Below, piece after piece: positions 8,656 to 18,704 of a stretch of 61,275 bases of DNA. A model generated the notes under the pieces. That model was not told the DNA's origin. It worked only from the letters and a program-made list of their open reading frames with translations, and searched no databases. Both the position numbers and the translations under genes were made by a program. The stretch's first letter is position 1. Every line of letters starts with the position of its first letter. This DNA is from an uncultured Alphaproteobacteria bacterium (lineage in GTDB: Bacteria; Pseudomonadota; Alphaproteobacteria; Methylaequorales; Methylaequoraceae): positions 1 to 61,275 of the forward strand of contig CACIYM010000003.1 of the NCBI GenBank assembly GCA_902590895.1, given 5' to 3'.

Positions 8656-10311
8656 ATGATAAAATACCTATCAATTAAAAATTTACTTCTAATAGATGAA
8701 ATTGATATAGAGCTTAACGATGGACTGTGTGTTCTTACCGGCGAAACAGGAGCTGGTAAATCAATGATTTTAGATTCATTAAGTTTAATTTCAGGTGAAA
8801 GAATTAGGTCTTCATTTAAACCAGAAAAAGGAAAAACCTCAAGTGTAAGTGCTATTATTGATATATCAAATTTTAAGTTTCTTAAACATGAACTTCAAGA
8901 CGTTGGTATAGATTGTGATGATGAGATTTTAGTAAAAAGAATTATTACTGACAGTGGAAAAAGTAAAACATTTATTAATGATAATCTAGTTTCTTTGAAT
9001 ATTCTAAAAAAAATTTCGAATAAATTAGTTGAAATTCATAGTCAATTTTCCGAACAAGGTCTTCTAGATTCAAATACCCATATTGACACTTTGGATGAGT
9101 TTGGTGATTACTTAGATTCTAAAATCAAAATTAAGCAGGATTGGGAAACTTTATTGGAATCTAAAAAAAAATTTGAAAGAAAGAAGGAAGAATTAAACAT
9201 TGTAAAAAGTGAAAAAGAACAAACAGAATATGATTTAAAGGAGATAGAAAATTTAAGTCCTATTGAAAATGAATTTGATCAGTTAGTAAAAAAAAGAGTT
9301 CTTTTAAAGAATTCTGCAAAAATTTCCGAATGTTTACAGATTGTAATAGATAATTTTTACTCAGAAACACCCCATGGCATTGATAAGTTATTATTAAAAA
9401 ATATAAGTGAACTAGATAAGATTAAAAATTTATTAGATGAAAATTCTTTTAAAAAAATAGAGGAATTGAACTCCATTTATATTGATATTCAGGAGTTAGC
9501 AAATTATTTTTCTTCATTGATGAATGAGGAATTTGATGTTTCAACTTTAGACAAAATAGAAGAAAGAATTGAAAATTATAAAAGAATAAGTAGAAAACAT
9601 AAAATAGAAGAGTCAAGTTTGTTAGAATTCAAAAAAAAATTAATTAAAATAGCTGATTCTAGTTTCGAATTAGAAAAAATAACAAATGAATATGAAAAAG
9701 TTTATTTAGAGAGCGTTCAAAAATTTGAGAATGGAGCAAAAAAACTATCAGAAATAAGAAAAAATAGTGCCAATAAATTAGACAAATTTATAAATCAAGA
9801 ATTTCCTTCTCTGAAGCTTGAAAATGCAGAATTTAAAAGTTTTTTTGAACATGCTAACCCAAGTCCAAATGGAATTGATAAAGTCACATTCAAAATTAGA
9901 ACAAATCCTAACTCAGAAATGGGGGCAATAAAAAACATTTCTTCTGGTGGGGAACTTTGTAGAATTGCATTAGCAATAAAAGTTATTGCTCAAAAAAAAA
10001 ATAAGACAACAATGGTTTTTGATGAAGTTGACAGCGGAATCGGAGGTGCAGTTTCAAGTGCTGTTGGAGAAAGATTAAAAAAACTTGGGAAATCAAAGCA
10101 AGTTATTGTGGTTACCCATTCACCTCAAGTTGCTGCGTTCGGAAACGATCACTTTGTTGTTAAAAAAAAAATAGAAAATAACAAAACAACTATAAAACTT
10201 AAAAAGTTAAGCAATGAAGAAAAATTACAAGAGATTGCGAGAATGTTGTCAGGTAAAGAGATAACATTGGAAGCTGTAAATGCAGCAAGAAAATTGATCA
10301 ATTATTCTTAA
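8656..10311 (+). CDS. recN: DNA repair protein RecN
   Basis: Walker A LTGETGAGKSM, SMC signature SGGELCRIALA, Walker B MVFDEVDSGIGG. The ATG at 8656 was chosen because it lies just after the bamD stop; the ORF track starts at TTG 8641. Confidence 0.9.
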   Translation: MIKYLSIKNLLLIDEIDIELNDGLCVLTGETGAGKSMILDSLSLISGERIRSSFKPEKGKTSSVSAIIDISNFKFLKHELQDVGIDCDDEILVKRIITDSGKSKTFINDNLVSLNILKKISNKLVEIHSQFSEQGLLDSNTHIDTLDEFGDYLDSKIKIKQDWETLLESKKKFERKKEELNIVKSEKEQTEYDLKEIENLSPIENEFDQLVKKRVLLKNSAKISECLQIVIDNFYSETPHGIDKLLLKNISELDKIKNLLDENSFKKIEELNSIYIDIQELANYFSSLMNEEFDVSTLDKIEERIENYKRISRKHKIEESSLLEFKKKLIKIADSSFELEKITNEYEKVYLESVQKFENGAKKLSEIRKNSANKLDKFINQEFPSLKLENAEFKSFFEHANPSPNGIDKVTFKIRTNPNSEMGAIKNISSGGELCRIALAIKVIAQKKNKTTMVFDEVDSGIGGAVSSAVGERLKKLGKSKQVIVVTHSPQVAAFGNDHFVVKKKIENNKTTIKLKKLSNEEKLQEIARMLSGKEITLEAVNAARKLINYS

Positions 10312-12073
10312 GTATTTTTTTGGTTTTTTTTAATAACCACTTCTTATGATTATTTTCCAAAAATGGTGAAAGTTTTTTATAAACTTTTTCATGATAATTA
10401 TTTATCCAATTAATTTGGTTCAAACTTAGTAAAGATTTATTTATAAGATTTTGTTCATAGGGAAAAAGAGATAAAGTTTCAAAATCATAAAAATTTTTTA
10501 TTGAAGACTGTTTGACCAAAACCAAATTTTCAATTCTGATTCCAAAACTTTGATCCTTATAATATCCCGGTTCATTAGAGATTATCATTCCTGGTTTAAG
10601 GGGTACATTTACGGGAGATTTGGAAATAGATTGTGGTCCTTCGTGAACTCCAAGAAAACTACCAACTCCATGTCCTGTGCCGTGATTGTAGTCAAATCCT
10701 TTTTTCCAGAGTTCGAACCTTGCAATTGAATCAATTTGGAAACCCTTGGTGCCTTTGGGAAATTTAAGGATACTTACATTTAAATGCCCAAGAAGAACCA
10801 GCGTGTATATATCTTTTATTTTTTGCGGGGCAGCCTTATTTCCTAAATATACAGTTCGGGTTATATCAGTAGTGCCACCAATATATTGTGCTCCTGAGTC
10901 ACATAAATATAATTGGGATTTTTTTAAAATTGAGCTTTTTGATTGAGGGTTGTAATGAATAATTGATCCATTGGGACCTGTGGCTGATATTGTAGGAAAA
11001 CTCAATGAAAAAAAATCTTTATTTTCGCTTCTTAAAAGCTCTAGTTTTTTTGATGCTTCATATTCAGAAATGTTTTGGCCGAGGCTCCTCTCTAACCAAT
11101 AAAAGAATTTTACTAAAGCTACCCCATCATTTAAATGGGCTTGTTTAGAATTCTTTATTTCAGTTGTATTTTTTATTGATTTTAAATTTTTGCAAATATC
11201 ATCTATAACCTTAACTCTATTTTTTTTACATAGTGTTTTATAAATATAGTAAGAAACTTGTTTTTCAATAAACACATCCTCTTTGGTATATTTTGAAATA
11301 TCGTTATAAAACGAATTGATATCTTTAATAATTATTTTATTTACAAATTTGAAAGTTTTTGGAACTTTTTGTAAGTCTATGTAAAGCGTAATAACATGAT
11401 CACTAATTATTAATCTTGATAATACCAAAGGTGTATTTGGTAAATCGTACCCTCTAATATTCAAAAGCCAACAAACAGATTCAGGAGAAGAAATTATAAG
11501 TGTATTGTTCTCTATCTTTTTTTTTATTTTTTTGATTTTAATATTACTTGAGCATCCTGAAATTTTGTTTTCTAAAAAAAAAAATGGTTCAATTTTACTT
11601 TTTGGTTTGTCATTCCAAATCAGGTCTATTGAATTTTTTTTTTCATGAACAATTTGAGTTTCAACTTTTTTAGAAGAATTAATTAATTCTATCATAAAGC
11701 TTCTAGAAAATATTTTTGTATCAACAATAATTTTTTTTTTTTTTAAATTTCTTGAGATAAAATTTGATACGCTAATTTTACTCAAATCTTGAATTTCAAA
11801 TATTTTTGGAAGCTCTTTTTCTGCCTGCAATGTGTATCTACCATCAGTAAAAAAAATTTTTTTTTTTTTAGATATTAATGCGATGCCATTAGATCCAGAA
11901 AAATTACTTATCCATCTTAACCTCATATTATATTCTGGAACATACTCATTTAAAAAATCATCGGTAGTGGAGATAAGGTAATAATCAGCTCCTCTTTTCT
12001 CAATAATATCCTCTAACGCTTCAATTTTACTTAATTTTTTCATAACTTTTAAAAACAATTGATACCCACTCAT
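10298..12073 (-). CDS. pepP: Xaa-Pro aminopeptidase (M24B, aminopeptidase P family with long N-terminal creatinase-like domain)
   Basis: Motifs seen: HGTGHGVGSFLGVHEGP, ISNEPGYY, DSGAQY. The 591-aa architecture is typical of alphaproteobacterial aminopeptidase P. Confidence 0.85.
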   Translation of the reverse strand: MSGYQLFLKVMKKLSKIEALEDIIEKRGADYYLISTTDDFLNEYVPEYNMRLRWISNFSGSNGIALISKKKKIFFTDGRYTLQAEKELPKIFEIQDLSKISVSNFISRNLKKKKIIVDTKIFSRSFMIELINSSKKVETQIVHEKKNSIDLIWNDKPKSKIEPFFFLENKISGCSSNIKIKKIKKKIENNTLIISSPESVCWLLNIRGYDLPNTPLVLSRLIISDHVITLYIDLQKVPKTFKFVNKIIIKDINSFYNDISKYTKEDVFIEKQVSYYIYKTLCKKNRVKVIDDICKNLKSIKNTTEIKNSKQAHLNDGVALVKFFYWLERSLGQNISEYEASKKLELLRSENKDFFSLSFPTISATGPNGSIIHYNPQSKSSILKKSQLYLCDSGAQYIGGTTDITRTVYLGNKAAPQKIKDIYTLVLLGHLNVSILKFPKGTKGFQIDSIARFELWKKGFDYNHGTGHGVGSFLGVHEGPQSISKSPVNVPLKPGMIISNEPGYYKDQSFGIRIENLVLVKQSSIKNFYDFETLSLFPYEQNLINKSLLSLNQINWINNYHEKVYKKLSPFLENNHKKWLLKKTKKILKNN

Positions 12074-12857
12074 TAATATAATTATATCTTACTAATTTTA
12101 AATTAAATTTACCATAATGGCTTATCATGTCATTGACTTGTGATTTTAAAATACCAGAAACTATAACAAATCCACCGCTATTTAAATATCGACAAAAATT
12201 TACGACATTCCTCTTTAAAGGAGATAGAAGTATATTAGAAACAATCAAATCAAATTTTTTTCTATTTAAGTAAGATGTATGAAAGTCACGACACTTAACA
12301 AAAAAAACATTATTGATTGCGTTTATTCTTTTATTCAAATTAACACACTTTTCAGATTCATTATCAATATCAGTAGCAATTATTTTTTTTTGGTAAATTT
12401 TTACTAATACAAAAGCAAGAATCCCTGTTCCTGTGCCAAGGTCTAAAAAACTAAAAAATTTTTTTTTTTTTGATAACCACTCAATATTTTTAATTATTAG
12501 AAGAGTTGAAAAATGTTTTCCTGTTCCGAAAGCAGTACTCGCAGGTATCTTAAGAAAATTTTTTGTCGAGGTAATCTTTAATTGATTTTGAGAAATTGTA
12601 AAAAAATTTGTTTTTACAGGTCTGTCCTTTTGAAATGTTGATAAGACCCAATTTTTTTTTGAAATTTCTACGCATTGATACTTTTTAATTCTAAAAATTA
12701 AATTTAGAAATTTTAAATCTCTTGAATAATTTGAAGTAATTATTTGAACTTGCCAATATTTATTTTTTTTTTCAAAAACTATATTTTCGAAAAAATCTAA
12801 AATTTTTTTTTTTGTTAATTTTTTTTCACTTATACAAAAGATTATTTTATGAAACAT
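12027..12857 (-). CDS. prmA: Ribosomal protein L11 methyltransferase PrmA
   Basis: Motifs seen: FGTGKHFST, SAM motif DLGTGTGILA, SNILLSPL, VSGIL. Collinear with remembered E. coli PrmA. The internal ATG was chosen as start to limit overlap with the helicase gene. Confidence 0.85.
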   Translation of the reverse strand: MFHKIIFCISEKKLTKKKILDFFENIVFEKKNKYWQVQIITSNYSRDLKFLNLIFRIKKYQCVEISKKNWVLSTFQKDRPVKTNFFTISQNQLKITSTKNFLKIPASTAFGTGKHFSTLLIIKNIEWLSKKKKFFSFLDLGTGTGILAFVLVKIYQKKIIATDIDNESEKCVNLNKRINAINNVFFVKCRDFHTSYLNRKKFDLIVSNILLSPLKRNVVNFCRYLNSGGFVIVSGILKSQVNDMISHYGKFNLKLVRYNYINEWVSIVFKSYEKIK

Positions 12858-15003
12858 TACTTTTTGTAACAAAATCCGAAAAAATATTTACAATACCAGA
12901 ATTGCTTTCAAACTTAATTTGCAGTTTTTTCCCATTGATACCGAGTATTTTTCCTTTACCAAATTCACTATGCAAAACAAAATCACCAATTGAAAAATTA
13001 TTATTTGATAAAATTTTAAAAGCCTTCCTTTCTGACTTTAAGGTATTCTTTTCAAAAATTAAATTACAACTTTTTTTAGGTAACTCGGAGACAAATCTTG
13101 ATGGAATCGATCTATATAGATTATAGTTATATTGTTTTCTAAAATTAACAAATGAAATGAAAAGTTTTTTTCGTGCTCTGGTAATTCCAACGTATGCTAA
13201 CCTTCTCTCCTCTTCTAATCCTTTGTTACCATATTCATCAATATTTCTCTGATTAGGGAAAATACCCTCTTCCCATCCCGGTAAAAATACATAATCAAAT
13301 TCCAGGCCTTTCGCGCTGTGAAGTGTCATTAAAGATATTTTATCTTGCATATCTTTTTGATTAACATTTTCTGTCAATAAGCTGACCTCTTCTAAAAATT
13401 CATCTAAACTTCTTCTATTTTTAATATCAACTACAAGTTTTTTTAAATTTTCTAGCCTTCCTTCCGACTCAATTGTTTTTTCATTTTGTAACATCTCTGT
13501 ATAGCCGATATCATCTAACAATGAGCCAGCTACATCGGAATGATTTTCTGACCCCAGCATTTCTTTATGCCTTTTAAAAATTACTAAAAAATTATTTATT
13601 TTTTTTTCTACAGACTTTTGAACCTTGCCGCTATTCACAAATAATTTTAATGATTCGTAAAGTGACATTTTTTTTTCAGTAGCAAATTTATATAAATTTT
13701 TTATAAAAACTGCACCAATTCCCCTTTTGGGAATATTGATAATCCTCTCGAAAGCTAAATTATCCTGACTATTAATCAAGAGTCTAAAAAATGCCAATGC
13801 ATCTTTTATCTCCGACCTCTCATAAAACCTTAAACCTCCAACAACTTTATATTTTAAGTTTTCTCTAATAAATCTATCCTCAATATCTTTAAATTGAAAA
13901 CTTGCTCTAGTAAGAATTGCCACTTTTGATAAGTTAATCCCTTTTTCAACTAATTTTTTTATCTGATCCGCTACAAAAACTGCTTCCATCTCGTCATTAT
14001 CCAAATTTACAACATCAACAGTCTCACCTGAAGGATCTGAAGTCCAAAGCTTTTTACCTATTCTTTCCTTATTTTCTGAAATTAAGCTGGATGCTGCATT
14101 GAGAATATTACCTGATGATCTATAATTTTGCTCAAGTCTAATTATCTTGGCTCCATTAAAATCATTTTCGAAATTTAAAATATTTTTCAATTGAGCTCCC
14201 CTCCATCCATAGATAGATTGATCTTCGTCTCCTACACAACAGATATTTTTTTTTTTTCCTGACAATAATCTTAGTAACATATACTGCGAAGCGTTTGTAT
14301 CTTGATATTCATCAACGAGAATATATTTAAACTTTTTTTGGTAATTAAAAAGTAAGTCTTTCTCCTTTTTTAAAATTTCTAATGGAAGCATTATCAAGTC
14401 ACCAAAATCTACAGAATTAAAATTTTTTAAACGATCTTGATACAAGCTATATACTGTGCTTAACTTGCCATTCGTTTTATGTTCAAACTCATGATTTGAT
14501 ATCTCTGAATGAGACAAGCCTTGGTTTTTAAGTTGATCAACCATGTAAAGATAACTTTTTGGTGGATACAATTTAGTGTCTAAATCTAATGAGTTAATTA
14601 CTTGTTTTAAAAGTCTCAACTGATCCTCAGAATCAAGTATAGTAAAATCATTCTTTAAGTTAATTAAACTTGCGTGTCTTCTCAGAAATTTAGCTCCTAT
14701 AGAGTGAAAAGTCCCTATGAACATTCCCTCAACTGGCATTTTAAGAATTTTTTCAACTCTCATTTTCATCTCAAACGCTGCTTTGTTTGTAAATGTAACG
14801 CATAAAATATCTTTAATACTACCTTTTCGTGTATAAATTATATTAGCTAATCGAGTAGTTAAAACCTTAGTTTTTCCAGTCCCGGCTCCAGACAAAACCA
14901 GAAGGGGTCCCTCAGTATTCAAAACAGCATTTTTTTGTTGAGAGTTTAGAGTCGACAAAAAGTCTAAGTCAGGCAGCTTTATTTTTTCATTATTTTCAAA
15001 CAC
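12847..15003 (-). CDS. uvrD: ATP-dependent DNA helicase, UvrD/Rep/PcrA family
   Basis: SF1 helicase motifs GAGTGKTKVLT, VDEYQDTN, QNYRS, TLHSAKGLEFD and VGITRA. Confidence 0.9.
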   Translation of the reverse strand: MFENNEKIKLPDLDFLSTLNSQQKNAVLNTEGPLLVLSGAGTGKTKVLTTRLANIIYTRKGSIKDILCVTFTNKAAFEMKMRVEKILKMPVEGMFIGTFHSIGAKFLRRHASLINLKNDFTILDSEDQLRLLKQVINSLDLDTKLYPPKSYLYMVDQLKNQGLSHSEISNHEFEHKTNGKLSTVYSLYQDRLKNFNSVDFGDLIMLPLEILKKEKDLLFNYQKKFKYILVDEYQDTNASQYMLLRLLSGKKKNICCVGDEDQSIYGWRGAQLKNILNFENDFNGAKIIRLEQNYRSSGNILNAASSLISENKERIGKKLWTSDPSGETVDVVNLDNDEMEAVFVADQIKKLVEKGINLSKVAILTRASFQFKDIEDRFIRENLKYKVVGGLRFYERSEIKDALAFFRLLINSQDNLAFERIINIPKRGIGAVFIKNLYKFATEKKMSLYESLKLFVNSGKVQKSVEKKINNFLVIFKRHKEMLGSENHSDVAGSLLDDIGYTEMLQNEKTIESEGRLENLKKLVVDIKNRRSLDEFLEEVSLLTENVNQKDMQDKISLMTLHSAKGLEFDYVFLPGWEEGIFPNQRNIDEYGNKGLEEERRLAYVGITRARKKLFISFVNFRKQYNYNLYRSIPSRFVSELPKKSCNLIFEKNTLKSERKAFKILSNNNFSIGDFVLHSEFGKGKILGINGKKLQIKFESNSGIVNIFSDFVTKSNVS

Positions 15004-15004
15004 A

Positions 15005-17656
15005 TTATGCTGCTTTCTTTGGGGAATAACTTAAGTTAGGGGCTAACCATTTTTCAGCTTCTTCAAGACTTATTCCTCTTCTTTCTGCATAATCTATAAC
15101 CTGATCTTTATTGATTTTTCCAACTCCAAAATAAGAAGCTTTTGGATTTGAAAAATAAAGTCCTGAAACAGAACTGGATGGACTCATTGCATAAGATTCT
15201 GTCAATTTAACTTTTAAATTATTGTTTATGTCCAAAAGTTTAAAAAGAGTTTCTTTTTGAGTGTGATCAGGACAAGCTGGATAACCCGGGGCAGGTCTAA
15301 TGCCCGCGTAATCCTCCCTAATAAGTTGCTCATTGGTTAAATTTTCATCCTTAGAGTAACCCCATAAATCTGTTCTTACTTTTTTATGCATCATTTCAGC
15401 TAATGCTTCAGCTATTCTGTCTCCTAAAGATTTAACCAAAATAGAGTTATAGTCATCTTTTTTGCGTTCAAATTCAAAAGACATATTTTCAATCTCTGAA
15501 CCTGCAGTAACTAAAAATCCCCCAATATAATCTTTAACTTTTGAAGTAGAGGGAGCTATAAAGTCTGACAGACAATAATTAGCTCTATCTGAATTTTTTC
15601 TACTTACTTGTTGTCTAAGATTATAAAATTTATTTAAAATCCTTTTTCTAGAATCATTTTCATATAAAATAATGTCGTCTAACTCAGAGTTAGCAGGCCA
15701 AAAACCAACTACTGCGGATGGTTTAACCAATTTTTTTTTAACAATATCTTCAAGCATATTTAATGCATCGTGATATAGATCTTTCGCGGCTTTTCCAACT
15801 TTCTCGTCGCTTAATATTTGAGGAAAGTTTCCATATAATTCCCATGACTGGAAAAAAGGTTTCCAATCAATAAAATCACATATTTTTTTTATGGGAATTT
15901 CTTTAAATACCTTCAATCCCATAAACTTTGGCTTTTGGGGAGTATATTCATTCCAATCAAATTTAAATTTATTTTTTCTACACACATCTAAATTGTTTTC
16001 TTTACCAATTTTTTCTTTTTTATAGTATGAATTTTTTAACTCTTGATACTCTTTTTTGATTGATTCTATAAAAGGTAAACACTTACTTTTTGAAATTAAA
16101 TTTGTTGCAACACCAACAGCTTTTGAAGCGTCTGTTACATGACAAACACCATTTTCATATAATGGTGAAATTTTAATAGCTGTGTGAATTTTACTAGTTG
16201 TTGCGCCACCAATTAACAATGGTTTATTTACTTTATTTCGACTAAGTTCGCTCGCAACAAAACACATTTCATCTAGGCTAGGCGTAATAAGTCCAGATAA
16301 ACCAATTAAATCCACATTTTCCTTTATCGCGGTATCTATAATGGTTTGACATGGAACCATGACACCTAAATCTATAACTTCAAAATTATTACATTGAAGA
16401 ACGACGCCAACTATATTTTTTCCAATATCATGTACATCTCCTTTAACAGTAGCTAAGAGAATTTTACCTTTTGAATTTGATGACCCGACTTTGTCATTTT
16501 CCATAAAAGGCAATAAATATGCAACTGACTGCTTCATTACTCTTGCTGACTTTACAACCTGAGGTAAAAACATTTTACCGGCTCCAAACAGATCGCCTAC
16601 AATATTCATCCCATCCATTAATGGACCTTCAATTATTTCCAAAGGTTTATTTAATTTATTTCTAAGTTCTTCAGTATCCTTTTCTATGTATTCATTGATT
16701 CCATTTATTAAAGAATACTTAACTCTTTCTTCAACAGTCTGTTCTCTCCATTCTTTGGTAACTTTTTGTTTTTCAACGTTTTTCGAAAATTTTGTAGAAA
16801 TATCAATTAACCTATCAGTGGCACCATCATCTTTATTGAAAAATACATCTTCAATGGCTTTCCTAAGATCTTTTGGTATCTGTTCGTATATCGTGATTTG
16901 TCCAGCATTAACTATTGCCATATCCATACCAGCACTTATTGCATGATATAAAAAACATGAATGCATTGCCTCTCTTACTTGATTATTACCTCTAAAACTA
17001 AAGGAAACATTTGATACACCTCCAGAAACTTTGGCTAGTGGTAACTTTTCTTTTATAAGTTTTGTCGCTTCAAAAAAATCTAGTGCGTAATTGTTATGCT
17101 CTTTAATTCCTGTAGCAACAGCAAATATATTTGGATCGAATATAATGTCTTGAGGTGGGAATTTAATTTTTTTAGTTAAAACTTCATATGCTCTTGAACA
17201 AATTTCAAATTTTCTATCAACTGTATCTGCCTGTCCACTCTCATCAAAAGCCATTACTACAGCTGCTGCTCCGTAATCTCTTATTAATGATGCCTGTTCT
17301 AAAAATGTTTTTTCTCCCTCTTTAAGACTAATCGAATTAACTATTGCTTTTCCTTGAACGCACTTCAATCCTTTTTCAATCACCGACCATTTAGAGGAAT
17401 CAATCATAAAAGGCACTTTCGCAATTTCTGGTTCAACAGCAATTAGGTTTAAAAATCTTTCCATCGACAGCTCAGAATCAAGTAATCCCTCATCCATATT
17501 TATGTCGATAATTTGGGCGCCATTTTCTATTTGATCTTTGGCAACCGAAACTGCTTCCTCGAAATTATCTTCCATTATTAGCTTTTTAAATTTAGCTGAA
17601 CCAGTTACATTCGTTCTTTCACCAATATTGATAAATTTTATAATTTGTTTATTCAT
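15005..17656 (-). CDS. metH: Cobalamin-dependent methionine synthase MetH, pterin-binding + B12-binding + AdoMet-activation modules (separate ORF)
   Basis: Motifs seen: [33 protein letters not shown] (DxHxxG), [25 protein letters not shown]. Its ATG lies 1 nt after the TGA of the upstream fragment. Confidence 0.92.
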   Translation of the reverse strand: MNKQIIKFINIGERTNVTGSAKFKKLIMEDNFEEAVSVAKDQIENGAQIIDINMDEGLLDSELSMERFLNLIAVEPEIAKVPFMIDSSKWSVIEKGLKCVQGKAIVNSISLKEGEKTFLEQASLIRDYGAAAVVMAFDESGQADTVDRKFEICSRAYEVLTKKIKFPPQDIIFDPNIFAVATGIKEHNNYALDFFEATKLIKEKLPLAKVSGGVSNVSFSFRGNNQVREAMHSCFLYHAISAGMDMAIVNAGQITIYEQIPKDLRKAIEDVFFNKDDGATDRLIDISTKFSKNVEKQKVTKEWREQTVEERVKYSLINGINEYIEKDTEELRNKLNKPLEIIEGPLMDGMNIVGDLFGAGKMFLPQVVKSARVMKQSVAYLLPFMENDKVGSSNSKGKILLATVKGDVHDIGKNIVGVVLQCNNFEVIDLGVMVPCQTIIDTAIKENVDLIGLSGLITPSLDEMCFVASELSRNKVNKPLLIGGATTSKIHTAIKISPLYENGVCHVTDASKAVGVATNLISKSKCLPFIESIKKEYQELKNSYYKKEKIGKENNLDVCRKNKFKFDWNEYTPQKPKFMGLKVFKEIPIKKICDFIDWKPFFQSWELYGNFPQILSDEKVGKAAKDLYHDALNMLEDIVKKKLVKPSAVVGFWPANSELDDIILYENDSRKRILNKFYNLRQQVSRKNSDRANYCLSDFIAPSTSKVKDYIGGFLVTAGSEIENMSFEFERKKDDYNSILVKSLGDRIAEALAEMMHKKVRTDLWGYSKDENLTNEQLIREDYAGIRPAPGYPACPDHTQKETLFKLLDINNNLKVKLTESYAMSPSSSVSGLYFSNPKASYFGVGKINKDQVIDYAERRGISLEEAEKWLAPNLSYSPKKAA

Positions 17657-17657
17657 A

Positions 17658-18083
17658 TCAATAATTAAAAGCCTCCAGCCCAGATAATCTTAATTTGTCA
17701 TTCTTTTGTAAAACATTTCTTGGTTTTTTATTTTTCACAGTTTCCTTTATCAACGTTATATGTGCTGGGGTTGTTCCACAACAACCACCTACAATATTAA
17801 TATAATTATTATCAGCCCAATTTTTTATAAAATTTGACATTGATTGAGGAGTTTCATCATACTCACCAAAAGCATTTGGTAAGCCTGCATTGGGATGAAT
17901 GCTAACAAAATATTCAGAGATTCTGTTTAATTCAATCAAATGCGACTCAAGCTCCTTAGGCCCTAACGCACAATTTAATCCAATACTCAGTGGGTCTGAA
18001 TGTATAATGGAATTGTAAAATCCCTCCAATGTTTGGCCAGATAAAGTTCTGCCAGATAAATCTGTAATGGTGGCAGATAACAT
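17658..18083 (-). CDS. metH: MetH homocysteine-binding module, C-terminal half (fragment)
   Basis: Motifs seen: [42 protein letters not shown]. In frame with the upstream fragment across a single TAA. Confidence 0.85.
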   Translation of the reverse strand: MLSATITDLSGRTLSGQTLEGFYNSIIHSDPLSIGLNCALGPKELESHLIELNRISEYFVSIHPNAGLPNAFGEYDETPQSMSNFIKNWADNNYINIVGGCCGTTPAHITLIKETVKNKKPRNVLQKNDKLRLSGLEAFNY

Positions 18084-18110
18084 AAGGGGTATCTTAATCT
18101 TTTTTTTTTT

Positions 18111-18701
18111 TTAAACTTTTTTTAATGCCATTAACGCCGCTTTTGCATTTAAAGTATCAAAAATTGTTTCAATCATAATGAGATCCACTCCAGAATCAAC
18201 TAATCCATCAATAGAAATTTCATAATCGCTTTGTAAGTCGTCAAAAGAAACATTTCTAAAACCTGGATTGTTTACATCTGGAGACATTGAACATGTTCTG
18301 TTGGTAGGACCAACAACTCCGGCCACAAATTTAATCTCATTGCTTTTGGCCATAGAATCATCTGCTGCCCTTCTTGCAATTCTTCCTCCTTCAAAATTAA
18401 GTTCGTAAGAAAAATCTTCGCAACCATAGTCAGCCTGAGAAATCTTTGTTGAATTGAATGTATTAGTTTCAATAATATCGGCTCCAGCATCAAGAAATTC
18501 TGAGTGAATTTCATATATGATTTTTTCATTTGAAAGATTTAAAATATCGTTATTACCTTGGAGGTTATTTTTAAAATTATTAAATTTCTTACCTCTAAAG
18601 TCTTTTTCCGTTAATTTTCTTTTTTGAATCATTGTTCCCATTGGTCCGTCAAGAACTAAAATTTTTTTTTCTAATAAACTTTTTATTTTTTCAAAATTCA
18701 T
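18111..18701 (-). CDS. metH: MetH homocysteine-binding module, N-terminal half (fragment ending at in-frame TAA)
   Basis: Motifs seen: LVLDGPMGTMIQ, GADIIETNTFNST, VGPTNRT, DTLNAKAA. The start lies 3 nt after the metF stop. Confidence 0.85.
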   Translation of the reverse strand: MNFEKIKSLLEKKILVLDGPMGTMIQKRKLTEKDFRGKKFNNFKNNLQGNNDILNLSNEKIIYEIHSEFLDAGADIIETNTFNSTKISQADYGCEDFSYELNFEGGRIARRAADDSMAKSNEIKFVAGVVGPTNRTCSMSPDVNNPGFRNVSFDDLQSDYEISIDGLVDSGVDLIMIETIFDTLNAKAALMALKKV

Positions 18702-18704
18702 AAT

